From the NCBI GenBank assembly GCA_038496445.1, contig JALMLS010000311.1, positions 126,499 to 190,498 of the forward strand: 64,000 bases of DNA. Direction: 5' to 3'. Shown in pieces: positions 59,301-64,000 of this stretch. A program made the position numbers and the translations under genes. Each line of letters opens with the position of its first letter. The stretch's first letter is position 1. The notes below the pieces were generated by a model, which did not search any database, had not been told where the DNA came from, and saw nothing but the letters and a program-made list of their open reading frames with translations. This DNA is from Trichosphaerium sp. ATCC 40318. Taxonomy: Eukaryota > Protista > Tubulinea.

Positions 59301-62300
59301 ATATTTCAGACGTACTAAGAAGGAACTGGGATTCCGAGAATTACAACACATCCTACAATCAACAGCAAGCGCAATGGAAGATTATTATGACAACGACTTA
59401 CTTAACAAAAAACGGATTACAGTCTACCATCAACAGCTCATGGGTATTCTAGGAGACAGTGCTGCCGGCTTTATCCCACGTTCATCACGTCAAAAGAAAT
59501 TTTTGAAAGAGCTCAAGATTGCTGCGAAAACAGGTAAAGGATTGATTGCGTACGTTCGTAAACTTGCAGATGAATTTGATACGCAATTTGCCGTTGAGCT
59601 CGCGTCAAAACTTATTAACACCGTAACACTTGCTACTGGTGAGTCACGTAAAACGCCCTGCATTGCAGAAGAGCGTAGGACTCCACTAGACGGGTACTGT
59701 CACGCTCATAATAAGGGCTACCTAAAGAGGGCAGTGGTTCCAGTAGATAGGACGCGACAGTCGCTACTGCAAAACAGACGTTTAAATGAGCAACCTTGGC
59801 CAATCGTACTGGATTACGGTTCGTCCTTGACTAAGTAAGCCTCATACGTTCCCAAGCAAAAACCTAAAGTTTACGAGTATTATTTTTATTTCCTGCCTTA
59901 CGACTTATGTGAATCTCCACTACCATTTCAATGCTTATTTGACTTTTCACATTGACGGATGCGTTTGATTCAGTGAGGGAGTGTGATATCCTCGTACCTT
60001 AGGTTGACTTATATTATAAATGCACTTAATAAACAGAATATTTCTACAATTACGACTTACGTTTGATCTGGATATTACATTATTCGTTGCCAATTACGCA
60101 GCAGGCGATACTGTAGTACAAATACCCGATTTAAACATTGGAGCTACGGACAGTTTCCCAGATGTAGTACATTTCGCTCACCTAGATGGACAGCTATATT
60201 TTGCAGCAACAACTGCAGGTCCGCTTTTTATGACAGAACTTATACCTAAACTAACTCCTAGCGAACGGTATTGAGTTATTCACGCTCGATGCATCATCCA
60301 CTAGTAATAATATACAACTTGCGGTACGTATAATTCGTTACGACATGATTCTCAAAAAATTTTAGTCAGACATATACGCAGGTGCCTCTGATTCATACCC
60401 AATGCATTTAGTTGCGTATGACGTACGAGATAGTAAGTCCATAAAATAAATTGACATTCTTTTTTAGGACAAGCTTTACTTTTCTGCAGAAACAGCTTCT
60501 GGGCGCAGTTTGCATGTATATGATCCTGTCACTACAATGACTACAAAACTACAATTTAATGGCAGCGATATCGTTGACCCACAGTACCCTGTGATTCACT
60601 TTGATGTCCTCTACTTTACTTCAGAAGGCAGATTAATGTCACTAAGTGATAGTAACTTCAAAATTGAGGAGTTTAGCAACTCTAATGGCGAAGGAGAGGA
60701 ATTAAGCAAGTTGGTCGCTGTAGGTTTTGAATTATATATATTCAGAGGAAGACATCTGTTTGCTTTCAACTCATTCATTGCCTCTGGTATACTAGAATGA
60801 CAATATTGTTTTTTTCTATATTAATGCGGTATGTAGGTCCTGTGGCAGTCTTTAGACTTACCCTGGACGGAAACTTAACATCAGAGATGGTTAAGTTCAA
60901 TAATCAATTGTATTTCACCTATGCATCAGCCCTCTTCGGTAATGAAATATTCAGTTACAATCACACAGAGAATCAGATAAGCAATGGTACTCCTTTTGTA
61001 TGCCTTTTTTTTTAACCTGTTGTTTCTAACTTTATTCCAGTACTTATCCGCGGAAGTGGAGATTCCTACATTGAATTTATGACACCTTATGATAATCTTT
61101 TATGTTATGCCGCTGATTTTGTTCCTGCTTCCTTTGGACGGGAGCTTGCGTGCTATGACCCTGCTATGGTAAGTGGAAAAAAACATCATCTATTTTATTC
61201 TCTTTTTTAATGATTCAAAAAGCCAGCTCAAGACTATCAAGCTACAGAAATCAATCAATTAAGGTCTAGTTTTCCAAGATTCGTTACAGAATTCTTCGGC
61301 CTGCTATACTTTCAAGCTCAGAATGATGGTGAAAATAAAGAATTGTATAGCAATAATGGCACAATTGCATCTAGTACTGTCGAAGAGCTTAACTCTGGTG
61401 GCTCTTCTTTCCCAGCAAACTTCTTCAGTACGTTAAGAAACTTAGGAATTGCACGGAACCTGCTAATAACTGGCTTGTTGTAGAGTGGGAAGCTAACCGC
61501 CAGTTGTACTTTACAGCAACGACCGATTCAAATGGACTAGAACTATTTGTTCTTATGCCAGAACCTGGTGCTACAGTTTCTCCTACACAAAGCATGCAAA
61601 CTACGTTAGTGCCAACGGCAGCGCCAACAACGGATGCACCAACTCCACAACCTACCCCGCCACCAACCCCTCCACCGACACCGGCGCCAACAACAGTTCC
61701 TCCAACAATAGCACCTACTACTGTGGCTCCAACACCAGAGCCAACGACAGCACCGCCTACCACTCGTCCGCCAACAACACTTTCACCAACACCAGTGCAC
61801 GTAGATAAAGGCAGGCAATAGATGGCTAATCTTCCCTTAGTTTTCAACTTACTGTACGATGTTCTACTCAAGACTGTACACGCACATCTTCTACTATCAT
61901 ACCAGTTGTATCAAGTATGTTCCTACCGTTATCAAAAAGCTAGTACTCACGCGTTTACCTAGTTATTACTGGTGCAAGTGAAGGTGATATATCTATTAGT
62001 AGCTCCACTTGTAGTAAGCGCCAAACAGGATTTGTAGATATTAGTCTACGCTCTTCATCAAGTGTTTCATCAAGTGTTTTTGTTGGCGCCATTATGGGAG
62101 CGAACGAAGCAGGTAACTACAACTCAAAGTTATGAACCTGTTGTTTACAAAACATTTCTAGACAACCAACAACTACGCTCTGCTGGTGTATCTGATATAG
62201 CTAGTGTGACACTAGTAAATGATTTCACACCTCAGAATGGAACTGTTCTTTCAACCGCATACAGCTTCCCAGGCAAGCAAATCAAGCCAATTGCGAGTTG

Positions 62301-62947
62301 ACATATCCATTCTTGATATCTCCTAAAATCGATTTTTTTAGGGGACTTGATTTTTGATGTTGCTGGATCATTTTTTTCTGTTGAAAGTGGTCCACTTAGA
62401 GTGTCTGGTTGCGTAGTAAGTAATTTTGTTGACTGTTAAATTGTTATTTACTTCTATTCCACGTGATTTTCTAGTGCCACACTTTCTCTATTCAAATCAA
62501 CTTATTCTTTAATTTAAGGAAATAAACCAAAGGACTACTTTTCAGCTTGATTTAATAGATGATAATACTGCAAATGGTGCAGTTGAAATAATGTTATTTG
62601 AAAACTCATGCGATGTACTAACATCTAACATTGTTGTAACAAAGCCGAATATGTTAAGTTGTGAAGTATTAACTGTATTACCAAGATTTGGAGAATTTAG
62701 CGTTGTATATGCTAACTCTTGTGTCGACGAGACACCAACACCTTCATCAGGATTTGGTACAAACTCTTTTTTCATGACACTAATACTTTGGTATTTTTCA
62801 TCTGACTTTTTTTTAGCTTGGTGGATTTACGCTGTTATTGCAGTTGCTGTTATTACAGTAATTGTAGTTGTTATATTTATTCTTTACCTTGGGTGCAGAA
62901 AAAAGCAAGAACCAGGTGGAGCCATTACTGGTGTCGAAATGTCATAA
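53342..62947 (+). CDS. Type-I cell-surface protein (signal peptide, ELWxxDGT-like propeller repeats, Pro/Thr stalk, TM), interrupted by an LTR retrotransposon at codons 10-11
   Basis: Removing 53374-60084 restores MRFTIAFLVLFVANYAAGDTVVQIPDLNIGATDSFP. Repeats include DGQLYFAATTA-NGIELF, DIYAGASDSYP..DKLYFSA and QLYFTATTDSNGLELF. Stalk at 61560-61800; TM WWIYAVIAVAVITVIVVVIFILYL. Confidence 0.8.
53374..53471 (+). repeat. 5' LTR (98 bp)
   Basis: Identical base for base to 59982-60079. Terminal inverted repeat TGTGATATCC/GGATATTACA (9/10). Contains TATTATAAA and AATAAA. Confidence 0.97.
53473..53496 (+). promoter_or_regulatory. Primer-binding-site-like sequence
   Basis: TGGACGACACGACCTGGATTTAAC starts 1 nt after the LTR. 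Its reverse complement resembles a tRNA 3' end (T-arm, acceptor stem, CCA) imperfectly. Confidence 0.55.
53737..59838 (+). CDS. Gag-Pol polyprotein, 2033 aa, single frame
   Basis: Capsid PFDGTP...LKGTAEKWY; protease LVDSGASH; RT LRFCIDYR and VYIDDI; RNase H TDAC/LEALA/TDH/DALSR; integrase H-H-C-C, MDLVGP, SDQGGEF, GLVERFN and WEGPF. Confidence 0.97.
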   Translation: MSQNTEDRLKQLESRFNSLEGFLRERLAPATPARSIPLHRSSTPYQTPTTRISLQTPGSPYIPVPTTQTTAMPRPYNDRTLRVITDQSQLNTQIENLAISTETQERIKQSIQEQLKKLDIPLQISDISKHVEEVIGLAVSVAAEEIADKLKEEIYDILEDNTKDETISLPTTTPTSDKTPPPPPNKPSTGGTATIPPSTYKPARISLSKPPPTFQNFDPDASAQGQLISLLSVLLPLFNAQNVVQDIVKPFDGTPSRVRLFGHQLQQYNASTNISDSALSSFMINKLKGTAEKWYENNYNGVAELPHPQALLDHIITEFEGKYDYDEVMRNYRDFSQGEDISFNDYYQEKMLLAKHAGVNPHGKGFYDELLAKMKDSLRTAVINQGEPTDNNVTELLQIAEKEELKAKRIERYKKTTKKATTKNTSTPSKTTPRTQKYTKEEWEKRLLDKTQKPNEGRWIWCNHHAKWGRHKEEKCMLNKTTVRTNASTPTPQPVVQQPGTPMPSYWPHYQSVQYQQPPSNMSMPTGPSPVSTVPSPSAPAQSPLNTQPLPSTQMHVLPPYFSYPMASQFPAPNANSNTVNQTSLDKTFSAYVVVRINGKSILALVDSGASHTLISLKAAHDIGLRTYKPYKLNSMAANGKPLPLIGYTKQPLQFEFPIFKTKFSPLIAKNLSEPMLLGRDFLAQTGASINISKKLFSLPNGQHIPLVDELPPETQLRSSLCRLTKDVTIPPFSPAILEVKAKHFRHGSQGINQATIQFLKKHKGLSGSHTLTMQEADGRLLYEVVNASPSYITLNANEIVSIFEPVTSTKHAISVDSREDVIRVKTNASNADFEKTREHIKEAIKFFKDFKPSLQVAKRIHKLFSKQLEKAQVDDEQRKILFNLLCFFETEFSDEITEVNDTAVKFEIDTGNAKPLHQPPRRFPPHYHEFIKDFIKKFTRHGLIRPSKSPWAAPIVIVKKKDGTLRFCIDYRSLNSVTKRDVYPLPRVDDALDALIGSVYFSIMDATSGFHQLKIARNSIEKTAFIDKSGLYEWVVMPIILGVSNAPATWQRYVNLVLSGLNWQHCLVYIDDIIVFSKTFEEHIYSLKLVLERVRQHKIKLKPKKCSFFLHEVEYLGFLVSEDGIRPHPDKIEAIVKMNAPSDVSGVRSFLGMATYYSRFVRMLSAAASPLRALLKKGVDFFWGPHQAKAFKDIKQALTSAPCLAYPNFEKPFELHTDACNIGIGATLVQKDDFGNERVIAYYSRALNIHEQRYHTHLLEALAVVAACKKFRVYLLYKPFKIYTDHIALLKFKRTSHPDSKMIRWSIYLSEFDFTIIHRKGILNSDSDALSRHPIRPVAVNYVNINGIVHPVGFMHNFTPILHPRNSQFFPAYVNTCKIPKQPRLRLFYLQRLDKQLLEYIYFIQAPKAFKNYKNIKKIIAATKGMFLDESGILCRKRTPLPHEEQTMKTVIVVPSSMQSEIISAHHDSATAGHLGVTRTYNNVKLKYYWAGLKRDIEQHIRTCEKCQTGKTSRRLPPGAPMQTIEATFPFQTISMDLVGPLTRTINNQNRWILTITDYYTRYAIAVCLPDKKSKTVARALFENVVCIYGAPSIVISDQGGEFEGIVEELCDLCNVDKRTTVAYHPQANGLVERFNHTLIQMIKMFITDYQTDWDQYVQSCVFAYNTTQHSELKQSPYYLVFGHHATTPLDQAMDCLPRQGDHTLDSWTRKVSLALKRSRSLAEEARSNAYLRQSKRYNQRRRKEIYAVGDYVLLLRKRKIEYGYTHKFVHMWEGPFKVIKVLNKGLDYQLAYSNGDIDEKVYNVDRLRRYHKRKNDISTDDNNQDKEILENIQDTPPIPIPASSEPQGTLGRQYFRRTKKELGFRELQHILQSTASAMEDYYDNDLLNKKRITVYHQQLMGILGDSAAGFIPRSSRQKKFLKELKIAAKTGKGLIAYVRKLADEFDTQFAVELASKLINTVTLATGESRKTPCIAEERRTPLDGYCHAHNKGYLKRAVVPVDRTRQSLLQNRRLNEQPWPIVLDYGSSLTK
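59972..59981 (+). promoter_or_regulatory. Polypurine tract
   Basis: AGTGAGGGAG directly abuts the 3' LTR. Confidence 0.75.
59982..60079 (+). repeat. 3' LTR (98 bp)
   Basis: Identical to the 5' LTR and followed by the TSD TTATT. Confidence 0.97.
61560..61800 (+). repeat. Pro/Thr-rich mucin-like low-complexity stalk
   Basis: Encodes PTAAPTTDAPTPQPTPPPTPPPTPAPTT... Confidence 0.85.
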
Positions 62948-63269
62948 AATAACCAAGCGATATTTCAATCTATTATGGACTTTCGAAATATCCTGAATTA
63001 AAAAAAAACCAAAGCTCAGACAGCTATTCGTGTTTTGTCCGTTAACCTTCTGCGACTCTAACCTGAAAGTAATTGTAGCTGTCAAGTGCCAATACAAGAT
63101 AGTTTGTATTTGTGCTACTAAACAGCCCGCTTGAGAGACGAGCGTTGCGGGTTTACTATATTCTAAAGAGTTAAAATTAACTTCAAACCCGAAATGGGCG
63201 TTAAGTCAACAACACATTTAATTCTATTTGTTCGTTACATTGAAATACTCTCTACATACTAGCGTAACC

Positions 63270-64000
63270 ATGGCAAGGCCACGACTGCCGCGATTACTGT
63301 CGGTAAGTTTGACACATTTATCGTTTGCAATAGCGTATACGAGGTTGTAGCCGTACTTTCAACGCTTTTGTAGATAAGTCAAGAGCTTAGCACCGAAGAT
63401 TGGGATATAACTGAACAAATTGACAAAGAGGATGCGCTTGAAGCAAAAACAGACTCTCCGCCTTCAAGAGCTAAATTAAAATTGATTTCATTTGTTCGCA
63501 AGCTTATTTGGGCCAGGTTCGGCAAATATCAACTACGCGCTTAAAAACTCGTTAAATAGGCGCTTTATAAAACGATTACAGTACAAGGGCTACATTAGGT
63601 GAGTGTACAAAAAGCTATCACGTTTTGTCTGACTCTGTAAGGCGTATATCGCATGCTTTTAGCTATTGCATTGGTTTGGGACTCGTTTGGCCAGTTATTC
63701 ATTTGTCAGATTCAATAATGCTTTTAAGCGCCAGTGAGTTCTCTTACACCGCTACGTAACTAAGACAGTCTCTAATATTAAATAGTACGTCATCCTGTCG
63801 CATATCCGTACAAAGGAGTCGTTAAAACAATACAAAATCTATGGGGCTTCGGTACGCTCAGGTTTGGCTAACAATGTGACAGCGTTAAAAAAATCGTTGC
63901 TTTTAACTGTTTTTGTGTAGGGTTTGGATTTATCTATAAAATACCATTTTGGGTATCCTATTTACAGTGCGTGAAGAGTGGTCTTATTGCTCTAGAAGTT
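63270..64000 (+). CDS. 5' part of a multi-exon gene, possibly mitochondrial-carrier-like; runs off the window end
   Basis: MARPRLPRLLS|ISQELSTEDWD... and a later exon YPYKGVVKTIQNLWGF, which resembles the carrier loop motif. The model is incomplete. Confidence 0.35.

Larger units (their letters stand above)
53374..60079 (+). mobile_element. Full-length Ty3/Gypsy LTR retrotransposon (6706 bp)
   Basis: Two identical 98-bp LTRs (TGT...ACA), a 5-bp TSD TTATT (53369-53373 and 60080-60084), PBS-like and PPT sites, and a single gag-pol ORF in PR-RT-RH-IN order. Confidence 0.98.

Overview
Compact, AT-rich eukaryotic DNA with many short spliceosomal introns (mostly 40-70 nt), so the supplied ORF track shows only exon fragments. 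The source is probably a free-living protist, possibly an amoebozoan (inference from gene content and intron style). I reconstructed about 25 genes by hand. Recognisable ones are MRNIP, TTC33, MGMT, an AGAP-like GTPase-PH-ArfGAP-ANK-PH gene, SEC61B, LSM2, UBXN1, PSMG1, a RecQ helicase, an ABCA half-transporter, a zizimin/DOCK GEF, an F-box/WD40 gene, a bacterial-type YgeA racemase, a PNPOx/HugZ-like gene, a ubiquitin relic and an ELWxxDGT-type surface protein. The standout is a very recent Ty3/Gypsy LTR retrotransposon (53374-60079) with identical 98-bp LTRs and a TTATT target-site duplication. It sits inside the signal-peptide codons of the surface-protein gene. Each LTR contains a 43-nt GT-AG segment of host-intron size that encloses the TATA-like and AATAAA signals; removing it leaves a stop-free, in-frame 60-nt scar, so the insertion may be rescued by splicing. 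Other observations are a GT-GG intron that RecQ motif I requires, frequent GC-AG introns, CACGTG enrichment and two horizontal-transfer candidates. All gene models are manual and no database searches were run.
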